A stretch of DNA of 64,000 nt, the filler included, from Stramenopiles sp. TOSAG23-3 (Eukaryota): NCBI GenBank assembly GCA_900128585.1. It is 4 parts of 4 records of this genome, joined end to end, with 100 filler letters (N's around TTAATTAATTAA, not from the genome) between each part and the next. Parts side by side here need not be neighbours in the genome. Positions count along the whole stretch, not along the records: positions 1 to 16,598 come from LT642482.1; positions 16,699 to 33,254 come from LT642483.1; 2 more parts are not named here. One strand, written 5' to 3'. The notes below the pieces were generated by a model, which saw only the letters and a program-made list of their open reading frames with translations, searched no databases and was not told the origin of the DNA. Made by a program: the position numbers and the translations under genes. Positions within the stretch are counted from its first letter, which is position 1. Each line of letters opens with the position of its first letter. Positions 10,328 through 20,264 of the stretch are shown piece after piece.

Positions 10328-13300
10328 ATGAACGTCTTTTACCCGGGGAGTGCTTCCCGGGCTATTCGGCGTGCTGGAAGCCCTGTTGAGGCACTGCAGC
10401 AGAGTCAGATCGACCCGGCAAACAGACCTTTCTCCCCTCCGAAGGCTTCCCCTGTATCTCCGGGATGTAGCACACTGTACAACCCAATTTTTGATCGTGC
10501 GCAAAAGGCTATATTAAAGACTCATGTTGTAGTAAAAGATGTCCAGGCGCTTCGGAGGAAGAAGGAGCTGGAACGGCAGCAACGGCAGCGCGAGGCTCGT
10601 AAAAGATCGTCCTACGACGAGCTGGATCAGCGCAATAGTGTTTTGAACAAGCGGAGAGCGATGAAACGGCCTTATACTTCCATGGATAGTGGATCTTCCC
10701 GGTTCCCAAAAAAACGTTTTCAAGCGTCGGCTGAACGGCCAGCCACGGTGCAAGTTACACCCATTAAGTCCCGGGCAAAATTGGAGCCCCTCGCGAAAAC
10801 CGCCCCGCGTAGAAGGCATAAAAGTAGTTCTCGCCGGCCAAAGACGGCTGCTACGCTGAAGCCGCATACAAAGTCCAAGTCGCGACCATCGACGTCGGGA
10901 GGTATTGGTAAAGACGGGATTCCCCTGGGAGAAAGCTCTGTATCGTCGATTCACTCCGTTGCCTCGTGGGGCAGCTTGTTCGAAATGTCAGGGGGTGGGC
11001 CAAGTCCATACAAGTTGCCAACGTTCAACCCCCGGCAACTTGTGCATACCCCAACGTCGCTGCAGAACAACTTGGGGTCAATGCACCGACCCATACCGGA
11101 GATAGATTTCTCCAAGAAAATGCTGGGTTTTACCCCATTGTCAGAGGGCGCCGATCTTGACGAAATGCAACACTTTGGGCAAACGTTGCTCCAAAATTTG
11201 CACGAAAAGGAAATTAAAACTCGTGCTGAATTCAAGGAAACCACAGAAAATATGTCTAGAAGAATAGAACGGGAAAGAGATCGATTGCCGCTAACATTTT
11301 TGTTTGAGAGAAGCACGCAAGACTATTGCCAAAAACGCGCGATAGAAAATGTAGAAAAAATATTGCAGCGGCTCTTGTCTGTTAAACTGAATGCTGGGAT
11401 GGTCAAATGGAAAAACTTTTGCGACAACGAAAGAGCCGCAGAAAACAGGAAGCGATTGGAGGAGATCAGGCGGGGCTCGGGTGGAATGGCATTGGAAATC
11501 ATTGGAAAACGCCTGCTGCACAGGAGCTTATTTCAAACCTTGCGGCGCTGGAAATTTGTGATTCGTCTCATGAAGCGAGAAGAAAAGATTAAAGCGGCCA
11601 AAGCAGTACAAGGCTGGTGGCGAAACTACATGAGCTGGTGGAATGCGATAAATGTTGTGAAGAATAAAGCGAAAACGGAACGAAAACGCAGCGTCATGGT
11701 GTGCCGTGCGTTGTTCATGGAATGGCTGGCAAAGCGCAGAAAAGATTTGTACATAACTGCGCAACGACGAATGATTCTCGAACGGAACTCTGCAACTTCT
11801 ATACAGCGATTTTACCGCCTGTATGCACAAAGGATGGTAGCCAAAGCTGAACTCAGAGAAAGAAAAGCCATGGCATGCTTGAGGCGCATGATGAACCGGA
11901 GGTTGGCTGCATCGTATAACAGTTGGCATTCGTACACCATGAGGTCGCTCCAAATAAAAGAAATGTTTCGGATGGCGATGCTGGGAGTCGTACATTTCCG
12001 CTTTGAACTGTGGGACTCATTTACGCAAAATAACTTGAGGGATAAACGAAACGAATCCGTTGCCTTGTCCTGTTTGAGACGACTCCGCTATCGTGCGGCA
12101 AGCAAGTGCTTTCAAAACTGGGCTTTGTTTGTGTACCGTCAGGTACAAACTAGAAAAATGATGCGAAGAGCATTTTCCAACGTGACAAAATTACGTTTTG
12201 AAATGTGGCTCGATTACGCGCTTGAGTGCCGTTATGCAAAATTAGACGCGGCTGAAAAGAAAAGGATTGAAAACGAGCGTAAGGTTCGTGAATGTCTAGC
12301 TAGAATCAAGAACCAAAAGCTATGGGCAGTGTGGCAAACATTTACGACAAATGTCTTTGAAGCGCGGGAAAACAAGCGAAAGGCTGCGGCGTGCCTAGGG
12401 AGGTTCCTAAATCGCCGCATGGCGAAAGCGTGTGAAAGCTGGAGGATGTACGTTCACAGAAGCAAGAGTATCAAGAACATGATGTACCGGGCATTGCTCG
12501 GGCAGTTGGAGACACGGTTTCTGCTCTGGTGCGACTTTGTTGATCAAATGAAATTTGAACGAGCGGACGCTGCAGAAAAAAGAAGAATCGAAAACGAGCA
12601 GAAGGTAATGAGATGCATCATGAGAATTAAGAACCGTGCGGTGTCCGTGTCGTTTGCCCTTTTGAGAGAAAACGCGTTAACAATGCGCAGGGTAAAACAA
12701 ATGATTAGGCGTGCAATGGGGCATAAAAGGGCTAAGTATTTCAGCTATTGGTGCATGTTCATACGGGAATGCAGAATCGTCCAAGCAACAGGCGATGCCG
12801 CCCTTCGACGCTGGCTAAACAGGCACATGGCAACTTCGTTCCGCTCCTGGGCAGTCTACACCTACAGAATAAAGCATGTAAGAAACATGGCTCGCCGAGC
12901 TATCTTGGGCAAGCGTCTGAGAATTTTCGAAGGCTGGGCGAATTACACGTTGCGCTGCAAGGTGTACAAGTGCCAAGTTTCAATCCAGACGAAATTCAAG
13001 GACAAATCGAAAGGCAGCCATGCCCTGTCTCCTGAAGAAATCATTTTTGTAAGAGAAATGGCCAAATTGCCTCCTCACGAGATCACTCGGGGTGAGTTTA
13101 CACAGCTCCTTAGCATTGAAAACACCATTGAGGAAACTTTTGAGTTGGAGACGCGTATGGCGTTGCGAGTTCAGTGCTCCTACCGCTGTAGGAATGGGCG
13201 GTACGCCATGTTTGTTTTGCGCCAGGCCCGGGAGCAGAGGCGACTGGAGGAAATCGAAGAGTTAAAAAAAATGGAATGGGCTGTACGGAAGATCCAGCAG

Positions 13301-15280
13301 AATTACAGAGGCAGGAGAGGCCGTTTATATTTCAAAGACATGATGAAAAAGAAAAAAATGGACGCGATACGGCAGCAGTATATTCTTGAAAGGGAAGCGC
13401 AAGCAGCGCGCGAGCGGTGGGAGGCCGATCGGTACGAAATGATGTACCGCGAAAAGGTTCAGCGGGAGGTTGATGAGAAGCGAGAACGGGAGCGACTGGC
13501 CTACGAGGCGGAGCAAAGGCAGATTGCTTTGCAGTGGAGCAGGGTTCGGATGGATGAATACGACGGCTCCGATGACAAAGAGCCGGTGTATGGGAAAGAT
13601 GGGGAAGAAATACCGCAACCGTGGAAAGCAGGAACGTTTTACTACTACAACGAAGTCACGGGCGAGAGTCAGTGGAATACGCCCCGTGGCTATGAAAAGC
13701 CCACCGGTCCGAAACCGCCGACTCCGCGCCCGGAAGAAATTTTGAAGGCGTGGTGTGTAAGAGAAGATGAAATGGGAAACGTTTTCTTTTTCAATCAAAT
13801 GACAGAGGAATCCAGGTGGGATAAACCAAAAGGATGGGAACCCCCGATTCCCGAAGGAAAATGTAACAAGTGTCGTTCTGAAGATGCAGTGCGTCAGTGC
13901 CGCACCTGCGACCTTCCATACTGCTTGGAATGCTTTCTTGAAGACCATTCCACTGCCTCCAAGCGTGGGCACCTGTTTCGTGTGCTCAAGAAGACTGCCC
14001 CGCCGCCGTTCAAGTGCATTGAATGTAGAATCAACTCTGCCGTGAGGGCTACCCCTGATTTTAAGCGGACATGGTGCTTGAATTGCTTTGATTACGTTTA
14101 TGATCACGATGATGAACTTAAGCGAGTTGGCTACCGCCGTTTCATTCCAGATTCTAAAGTGTGCGCCGAATGCGAGATGAAGTTGGCCGTCAGAGAATGC
14201 CGGCAGTGCGATGATCTGTACTGCGAAGAATGTTTTCAACGCTTGCATAAAACTGGACAGAAAGCCGGCCACAGTGGTGCAATAGTTAACCCGTGGGAAA
14301 AGGATGAATTGAAAGAAGGAGAAACATACTGTGTCGAGTGTGAGCAACGGTCGGCGGACAGGGTGTGCGACCAGTGTGGGGATGCATACTGCGAGCACTG
14401 TTTTAAACGCTTGCATGCCAAGGGTCGCAAGGCTGTTCACACGTTTACCACTTGGGAAGACTTTCAAACTCCCTGGGAAGAATTTTGGGACGAGGACGAG
14501 CAGCGCCACATTTACTACAATACAAAGACGAAGGAGCGCAGGTTCGATAAGCCTGCAGCCTTGTTGTGGGGAACTGAAAAAATGGCATGGCAAGAGCAGA
14601 ACGATAACAAAGATGGTCTGTTGGAAGAGAAAGATAGTGAACTAGCGCAGCTTCGAAAAAAGATGGCAATGATGGAGGACCAAATGGCAACCATGAGTGT
14701 AAAGAAGCCCAGTATGCTTGGGAAGGCACTGTTCAGCGTCGCTTCAAAGATTGCCCCAAGCCTGGCAGTCGACGAGGAACAAAAGAAGGCGGAAGATGAC
14801 GCCTTTCTTGAGAACTTTGATTACACCTCCATCCATGAGAGGGGCGCAGCGGCGCGTGCTCGAGAGATAAGAAAGAGGAGAAGGAAGGAGAAGGGAACAA
14901 AGCTCAAAAAGACCAACATCCTCAAGAAAGCCATATTCAGCCCTATGGCTGCCCTTGGTTCACCGGTATCGTTTTTGAAAGAGCACAAACGTGACAACCG
15001 CGGCCTCGATGAACGATATTTGAGAAAGATGATGGTTGGAAAGAAAAAATTCGAAAACCTAGACACCGAAGAAGCCAGAAAAGAGGCTGAAGTACGGGCT
15101 TATGAGGCCCAGATGATGTCGTTCTTAGCCGACGCCCGTGAAAACGGTCGTGAAAACGAGTACAAGGACGAAATGAAAAAGGTCAAAGAGTTGAGAGAAA
15201 AGAACCTGGCCAAGGAGAAGCTGAAGGATCGGGAAAAGGCGGCCGCGGCCAGATGGGGGAAAGGGAAGAAGATCGGGTAA
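10328..15280 (+). CDS. Large IQ / Sfi1-like repeat / WW / B-box zinc-finger protein
   Basis: IQ motifs (IQRFYR, IQQNYRGRRGR); repeated ...F..W..F/Y helices; WW domains (YYYNEVTGESQWNTP, FFFNQMTEESRWDKP, YYNTKTKERRFDKP); B-boxes (C..C...A.R.C.QC.D.YC..CF..LH). First ATG at 10328. Confidence 0.85.
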   Translation: MNVFYPGSASRAIRRAGSPVEALQQSQIDPANRPFSPPKASPVSPGCSTLYNPIFDRAQKAILKTHVVVKDVQALRRKKELERQQRQREARKRSSYDELDQRNSVLNKRRAMKRPYTSMDSGSSRFPKKRFQASAERPATVQVTPIKSRAKLEPLAKTAPRRRHKSSSRRPKTAATLKPHTKSKSRPSTSGGIGKDGIPLGESSVSSIHSVASWGSLFEMSGGGPSPYKLPTFNPRQLVHTPTSLQNNLGSMHRPIPEIDFSKKMLGFTPLSEGADLDEMQHFGQTLLQNLHEKEIKTRAEFKETTENMSRRIERERDRLPLTFLFERSTQDYCQKRAIENVEKILQRLLSVKLNAGMVKWKNFCDNERAAENRKRLEEIRRGSGGMALEIIGKRLLHRSLFQTLRRWKFVIRLMKREEKIKAAKAVQGWWRNYMSWWNAINVVKNKAKTERKRSVMVCRALFMEWLAKRRKDLYITAQRRMILERNSATSIQRFYRLYAQRMVAKAELRERKAMACLRRMMNRRLAASYNSWHSYTMRSLQIKEMFRMAMLGVVHFRFELWDSFTQNNLRDKRNESVALSCLRRLRYRAASKCFQNWALFVYRQVQTRKMMRRAFSNVTKLRFEMWLDYALECRYAKLDAAEKKRIENERKVRECLARIKNQKLWAVWQTFTTNVFEARENKRKAAACLGRFLNRRMAKACESWRMYVHRSKSIKNMMYRALLGQLETRFLLWCDFVDQMKFERADAAEKRRIENEQKVMRCIMRIKNRAVSVSFALLRENALTMRRVKQMIRRAMGHKRAKYFSYWCMFIRECRIVQATGDAALRRWLNRHMATSFRSWAVYTYRIKHVRNMARRAILGKRLRIFEGWANYTLRCKVYKCQVSIQTKFKDKSKGSHALSPEEIIFVREMAKLPPHEITRGEFTQLLSIENTIEETFELETRMALRVQCSYRCRNGRYAMFVLRQAREQRRLEEIEELKKMEWAVRKIQQNYRGRRGRLYFKDMMKKKKMDAIRQQYILEREAQAARERWEADRYEMMYREKVQREVDEKRERERLAYEAEQRQIALQWSRVRMDEYDGSDDKEPVYGKDGEEIPQPWKAGTFYYYNEVTGESQWNTPRGYEKPTGPKPPTPRPEEILKAWCVREDEMGNVFFFNQMTEESRWDKPKGWEPPIPEGKCNKCRSEDAVRQCRTCDLPYCLECFLEDHSTASKRGHLFRVLKKTAPPPFKCIECRINSAVRATPDFKRTWCLNCFDYVYDHDDELKRVGYRRFIPDSKVCAECEMKLAVRECRQCDDLYCEECFQRLHKTGQKAGHSGAIVNPWEKDELKEGETYCVECEQRSADRVCDQCGDAYCEHCFKRLHAKGRKAVHTFTTWEDFQTPWEEFWDEDEQRHIYYNTKTKERRFDKPAALLWGTEKMAWQEQNDNKDGLLEEKDSELAQLRKKMAMMEDQMATMSVKKPSMLGKALFSVASKIAPSLAVDEEQKKAEDDAFLENFDYTSIHERGAAARAREIRKRRRKEKGTKLKKTNILKKAIFSPMAALGSPVSFLKEHKRDNRGLDERYLRKMMVGKKKFENLDTEEARKEAEVRAYEAQMMSFLADARENGRENEYKDEMKKVKELREKNLAKEKLKDREKAAAARWGKGKKIG

Positions 15281-15379
15281 AATTGTACTTCGTACTTTGT
15301 TTCGCATCTTTTTTTACGAAACAAAATATTTATTATAAACACTCCCGTGCGCACTTCGCGCTTGCTTTCACGGGAAAAT

Positions 15380-16120
15380 TTACTTGGCAGGGGGGCACAC
15401 TGCTCCCTGGGGAGTCAGTTTCTTGTTCTTGTTTCTAGGGCGCAGCTGGGTCACTGCATTATGAACATGCTTGTTGTGGTACCACAGACCACTTGCTCCT
15501 GAAAATCCTTTATTACATGGTACGCACACAAAATTCGACGATTTTTTGTAATCTTTCGATTTCTTCTTCTTTGATTTAGCTTTTGATTTAGATTTGACCT
15601 TTGCTGGTACTTTTCGCTTGGGTTTTGCTTTCGGCGCGCTTCTAACCGAGGGTGCTAAGTTGGCAAAACTATTGCCGAAGGCCAAACTATTTCCAAGGTT
15701 TCCTCTGGGGCTGGCCGCAAAGCCGCTCATCCCAAAATCTGTATTTTCCAAAAAGTTTGCATCGGATTCCGAGAACTTCTTCTCGATTGCTGGTGCATCA
15801 AACGGGATAGGGTCCACGTTGGAAGTAGTGCCTGAAGGCTGCAAGGAGCTTTCTGCCAGCACAGACGCTGGTAAACCTGCCTTCAACTCGTCCATAACAT
15901 GTGTAAACCACCGCGCAGTCGTTTCATTTTCCACATTTTGATCGAAATTCTTCTTCATAAATTCACACACAGTAAAGAAACCCTTTTCCATGTCTTCTAA
16001 CAAGCGGAGCTGGCCGTGCTCCGCGTCAAGTGCTCGCTGTTCCATCTGCTTCAGCTGTTCCTCCAGGCTCGACGAAGTGGCACGCTTCGGCATCTTCGCG
16101 TCAAACGTAAAGTGTGACAT
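15380..16120 (-). CDS. C2H2 zinc-finger protein, probable transcription factor
   Basis: FVCVPCNKGFSGASGLWYHNKHVH preceded by a Lys-rich NLS-like tract. First ATG at 16120; an upstream exon is not excluded. Confidence 0.75.
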   Translation of the reverse strand: MSHFTFDAKMPKRATSSSLEEQLKQMEQRALDAEHGQLRLLEDMEKGFFTVCEFMKKNFDQNVENETTARWFTHVMDELKAGLPASVLAESSLQPSGTTSNVDPIPFDAPAIEKKFSESDANFLENTDFGMSGFAASPRGNLGNSLAFGNSFANLAPSVRSAPKAKPKRKVPAKVKSKSKAKSKKKKSKDYKKSSNFVCVPCNKGFSGASGLWYHNKHVHNAVTQLRPRNKNKKLTPQGAVCPPAK

Positions 16121-16598
16121 TGCTCCTTTCAAGGTTTCCTATTGTCTGTTTGCGTCTTGATCTGGTATAATCTTTAATATATACCGGTGGTTTTTGATAC
16201 AGTTGTTTCAATGATTTTCTGTCTTTATCGTACTATCCCTGAATCTGGTTAGAAGAATGAAATTGCATTGTTGATTCATTGATCTTCGCATACCAGACCG
16301 TTGTTTTTTAATAATTTATACTTTTTATATAAGTCTAGCGTGGAGGATGGGGTGTGGCCTTGGTAGGTACAAAAAACAAACTTGCTGTTCTTCTATGCAA
16401 TATTCAGTTATTTTACATTATATGGTATTTATATATAATAAATTTAATAGGAGAACTATTATATTTAAATAATAAAAGTACATTAATTTATTGTTTCTTT
16501 ATTACTTCGAGAATCCCTTTGTTTCCATCTTCTTCGCAACTTCTCTTTTTCTTTCTTTCTGCATACTATCTCAATGTTAATTTATTATACACTTGTAC

Positions 16599-16698
16599 NN
16601 NNNNNNNNNNNNNNNNNNNNNNNNNNNNNNNNNNNNNNNNNNTTAATTAATTAANNNNNNNNNNNNNNNNNNNNNNNNNNNNNNNNNNNNNNNNNNNN
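16599..16698. other. Artificial contig-joining spacer (44 N + TTAATTAATTAA + 44 N)
   Basis: Exactly 100 nt; the 12-mer has stop codons in all six frames; identical at three places. Confidence 0.97.
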
Positions 16699-16783
16699 AG
16701 AAGAAAGAAGAAAGAAGAAAGAAGAAAGAAGAAAGAAGAAAGAAGAAAGAAGAAAGAAGAAAGAAGAAAGAAGAAGAGAAGAG
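16699..16783 (+). repeat. (AGAAGAA)n microsatellite at contig start
   Basis: Direct reading. Confidence 0.95.
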
Positions 16784-17085
16784 ACCTATAATTATTATTG
16801 AATCACATTATTACAAGCTAGACACTACCACCACCCAATAAAAATCCTTCCCTTCCGTTGTGTCCTGGCCGTCCCTGTGTCCACTACTCCTATATTTATA
16901 ACACCACCACCAAAAAAATAATACATAATAAACTTTTGAAGAAACGGAAAGGAATGTTCTGAATAGAGCATATGGTATTTTATGTGATGTTGAGTTTTCA
17001 TTAAAAGGTTTTTTATTTTTAAGACTATAGTTAGGTAGTAAGGTAAGGTTGGTCCAATTGTTGGTCCCTTTGCACACGGACGGCA

Positions 17086-19383
17086 ATGTTGTGGGCAGCG
17101 AGCGGGTTGCGCGGTCGGGGGGGCGTCGTGGTGAGGCTCTTTTTCTTTGTGGCCGTATGGTTTTCGACGACGGGGACCGGTCGTTCGGGGGAGGGGGTAG
17201 AGGACGGGGCGACTCTCTTCTCTTGCGGTGAAAATGGGGAAAAATTTCCCCAAAACTACGTCGATGACGACTACTGCGACTGCCCGGACGGGTCGGACGA
17301 ACCCTCGACGTCGGCCTGCAGCCACCTGCCGGGCTCTGTTTTTGCCTGCGGCAACGAGGACTGGAAGAAAGTTGTGCTTCCGTCGTCTCGGGTGGGCGAT
17401 GGGATTTGTGATTGCTGCGACGGGAGCGATGAGCGCGGCTCTCCGAGCGCCGTGAAATGCCCAGACATCTGTGCGGCGAAAGCGAGAGAGATCATCGAAC
17501 GGCAGATTAGTCAGAAGCGGGCCGTGCAGGCCGGGATGGAAATTCGGTCGGCTGTAATTAAGGAAGCGCACCGAAAATTTAGTTCTTGGAAGAGCCGTTT
17601 GAAAGATTTAGACTACAACCTAAAACGCCTGAGGCAAGTTAAGGAACGAATCGTGTCCAAAAAGTACGAAGAGCTAGCTTTGGAGCGCTTGGAGGCAGAG
17701 GTCCTATGGGAAAACAAAGACGACGAAATGCCCGACGACGCGGACGCAGACGGTGTGCAAGATGCAAACGTCGGGTATATTTTCGAACGGGACCCAAAGA
17801 CTGGGCGAATGCGGGCCGTCAGGGAAGACATTAACGATGGGAAAACGGTACCTAGTATAGAAGATGTGAAAAGGACGCAGGAGGCTGCGATGATCGAGAA
17901 ACAGCCGGCCGAGAAAAGTGGAAGGGACGAGGAGGAGAGCGAGGTCATCGACCTTGGAGAATTAGAAAAGACGCCCGCGGACGAAGCCGTGACGACGGCG
18001 GCGGCGAGCGAGGGCGGCGATTCAACGCCCGCGGTGGAAACAGATGAGGTTGCGGACCCACCCCCAGAAAAGGAATACGTTGTGGCCTGCCCCGTGGCGG
18101 AAGAGGGCAAACAGAAGCACGAGGGAGGCGAACGGCTGCTCCGGCACACCATAGTTATTGGGGCCAACGAAACGCTGCTGAACGAGTACTTGGAAGACGA
18201 CCCCTACGTGAAGGTGGATATGCGGCGTGTTCTTCGTGCGAAATGGAGAGACCTGGGGAGCTTGTTTAAGCTGACGGGCTACGACCTCGCCGTTCTCATT
18301 TCGGGTGAACCCCCCCGTGTCGAAATGGACAAGCACAAGCAGACGGTAAATTACAAACGCAAGCACCTCTTTCTAGGGCCAATATTTAACGGAGGTAAGA
18401 GCGGGTGGCGCCGCGGTCTGCGCTACATTTTCTCGTTCATTGGAATTTTTGTCAGCCCGGTCCGGCTTGCGTACGAAACCTATGACTACGCGTGGACGAT
18501 GGCTGCGCACGCCGCTGGGGAAATAGCTGGGTTCCTGCCGGACGGCATGACCACGCTCGTCAACACGAAAGAAATCCGGTACTCGAAGCTGGGGAACAGG
18601 ACTTTCGATGCGTACAGAGACTACGTCGCACGGCCGATGTGGCGGTACGGGGGCTTGCGAATCCGAGGGTTGTACCGTCGGTGCGGGGGTCCCTTTGCTA
18701 TGGAAGCAATCTGGGAAGCCGTCCCTGAGCTTTATCGGTACATGTACCCCCCGTTTGACGAAGAGTACAGGCGCCCGGCGGTGCTGGCAGTGATGAAATG
18801 CCTCGACGAGGCCGAGGCCGAGCGAAAACGGCTGGAGGACGAACAGAAGACACTGAGCGAGGCCCTGGAAGCAGACTACGGTCCCCATGCCACCATGTAC
18901 CGGCTGTCGCAGTCCTGCTTTTCCAAACAATTTTCAGGCTACTCCTACTCCGTCTGCCCATTCCACAACGTGACCCAAGATTCTACGCTCCTTGGAACAT
19001 GGCACGGTTGGGGTGATTTCAGCGACAACGACAAGGTTCCCGCGGATGGGACGGTGCCCGGGTGGCGCAGCTCGAAGCGTTGGTACGCTCCCTTCAGGAA
19101 GCAACAGGTGACGAACAAGACGTCGGCGAGAAAATCGTACCGAAACTGGCACTTCACGAAAGGCCAGCGGTGCTACCAAGGCATGGAAAGGAAGGTGCTG
19201 GTAAAAGTAGGCTGCGGGGTAAGTGAAGAAATTTCGGACGTCGCGGAAACCGATATTTGTGTCTACGAGATTAAGATGACGTCCCCCGCTTTGTGTGACC
19301 ATATCGAATTGAAAAAGTATACCGATATTGACACCTCTTCCGCAAAAGTTAGAAAATACTTTTCGTCCCGAGATGAATTGTGA
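17086..19383 (+). CDS. Glucosidase II beta subunit-like protein (PRKCSH family)
   Basis: Signal peptide; DDDYCDCPDGSDEPSTSAC and SSRVGDGICDCCDGSDE; coiled coil; MRH domain (CFSKQFSGYSYSVCPF..GQRCYQG.ERKV.V.VGCG..E...CVYEIKMTSPALC); C-terminal RDEL. Confidence 0.92.
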   Translation: MLWAASGLRGRGGVVVRLFFFVAVWFSTTGTGRSGEGVEDGATLFSCGENGEKFPQNYVDDDYCDCPDGSDEPSTSACSHLPGSVFACGNEDWKKVVLPSSRVGDGICDCCDGSDERGSPSAVKCPDICAAKAREIIERQISQKRAVQAGMEIRSAVIKEAHRKFSSWKSRLKDLDYNLKRLRQVKERIVSKKYEELALERLEAEVLWENKDDEMPDDADADGVQDANVGYIFERDPKTGRMRAVREDINDGKTVPSIEDVKRTQEAAMIEKQPAEKSGRDEEESEVIDLGELEKTPADEAVTTAAASEGGDSTPAVETDEVADPPPEKEYVVACPVAEEGKQKHEGGERLLRHTIVIGANETLLNEYLEDDPYVKVDMRRVLRAKWRDLGSLFKLTGYDLAVLISGEPPRVEMDKHKQTVNYKRKHLFLGPIFNGGKSGWRRGLRYIFSFIGIFVSPVRLAYETYDYAWTMAAHAAGEIAGFLPDGMTTLVNTKEIRYSKLGNRTFDAYRDYVARPMWRYGGLRIRGLYRRCGGPFAMEAIWEAVPELYRYMYPPFDEEYRRPAVLAVMKCLDEAEAERKRLEDEQKTLSEALEADYGPHATMYRLSQSCFSKQFSGYSYSVCPFHNVTQDSTLLGTWHGWGDFSDNDKVPADGTVPGWRSSKRWYAPFRKQQVTNKTSARKSYRNWHFTKGQRCYQGMERKVLVKVGCGVSEEISDVAETDICVYEIKMTSPALCDHIELKKYTDIDTSSAKVRKYFSSRDEL

Positions 19384-20169
19384 CTGGACCATGCATGTGT
19401 AAGTAATAACTGCTTGACATTTTCTCTTCCCCCCGCCCACCGCACCCTTCCCTTGTCGATGACGATAGAATTCTGAGTTGATGCCGATATTTCTGCATAT
19501 CGCCCAGTGTGCATTTTGCATTCCGGGCGATAGCGAAATGCACGAGTTTTTTGTGTGGCAGCTGAACAACCAAGTCTTATGTTTTAATTTCTGAGGCAAT
19601 TTCTCCCCTCTCCCTGGTGCAAACGTTTTGAATGTTTCTTTTCCAACCACTGAGATGTCTAACAACCGTATACTTTGCTTTCACAGAGTTTTTTTATTAT
19701 TATTTCTTAAACCATACGTCTTCTTCTATTATAAATAAACATTCATTCAGACCATTTATCATAATTGATAGGAAATATAATAATTACTATATGATAATGA
19801 ATATATAAGTAACAATTCGGCAGTTATTGCTTTTTACGTGCTATCCGTATACTATATTTCTTCCATTTATCTTTTCAAAAAATACAATTTTGAAAATAGA
19901 TGATTAAAAAATATATATTTAATACATACTGTATCTATGTTATTAAATTAAAAAAAAGGAAAGTGTTCTTCTTGTTGTTATATTTATTAGAAAGAACGAC
20001 TATTATTCAGCTATTAAATAATTAATATTGTAAAAGTTAAAGTGTTCCATCATCATAATGGTCGGTTGTTATGACGATTTTTTGAATTCAATAATTCTAA
20101 ATATGAAAGTAAAAAAGTAAGAATGAAAAAGAGAGTGGCTCAAATAACCGTCATTTTCACGCACTTCAT

Positions 20170-20206
<37 letters not shown>

Positions 20207-20264
20207 TATACGGAAAACCAAGAAAGGTTTGTTGGTTGAGGAAGTGTAATATTTTAAAGGAATA

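Noticed and set aside
13325-14593. Long antisense ORFs (also 20430..21533, 26504..27850, 45253..46545, 55504..56400)
   Set aside because: Shadows of GC-rich sense genes with no recognisable motifs.
16643-16654. TTAATTAATTAA as a biological motif (transposon target site or chromosome end)
   Set aside because: Always centred in exactly 44+44 N; a six-frame stop linker added during sequence processing.
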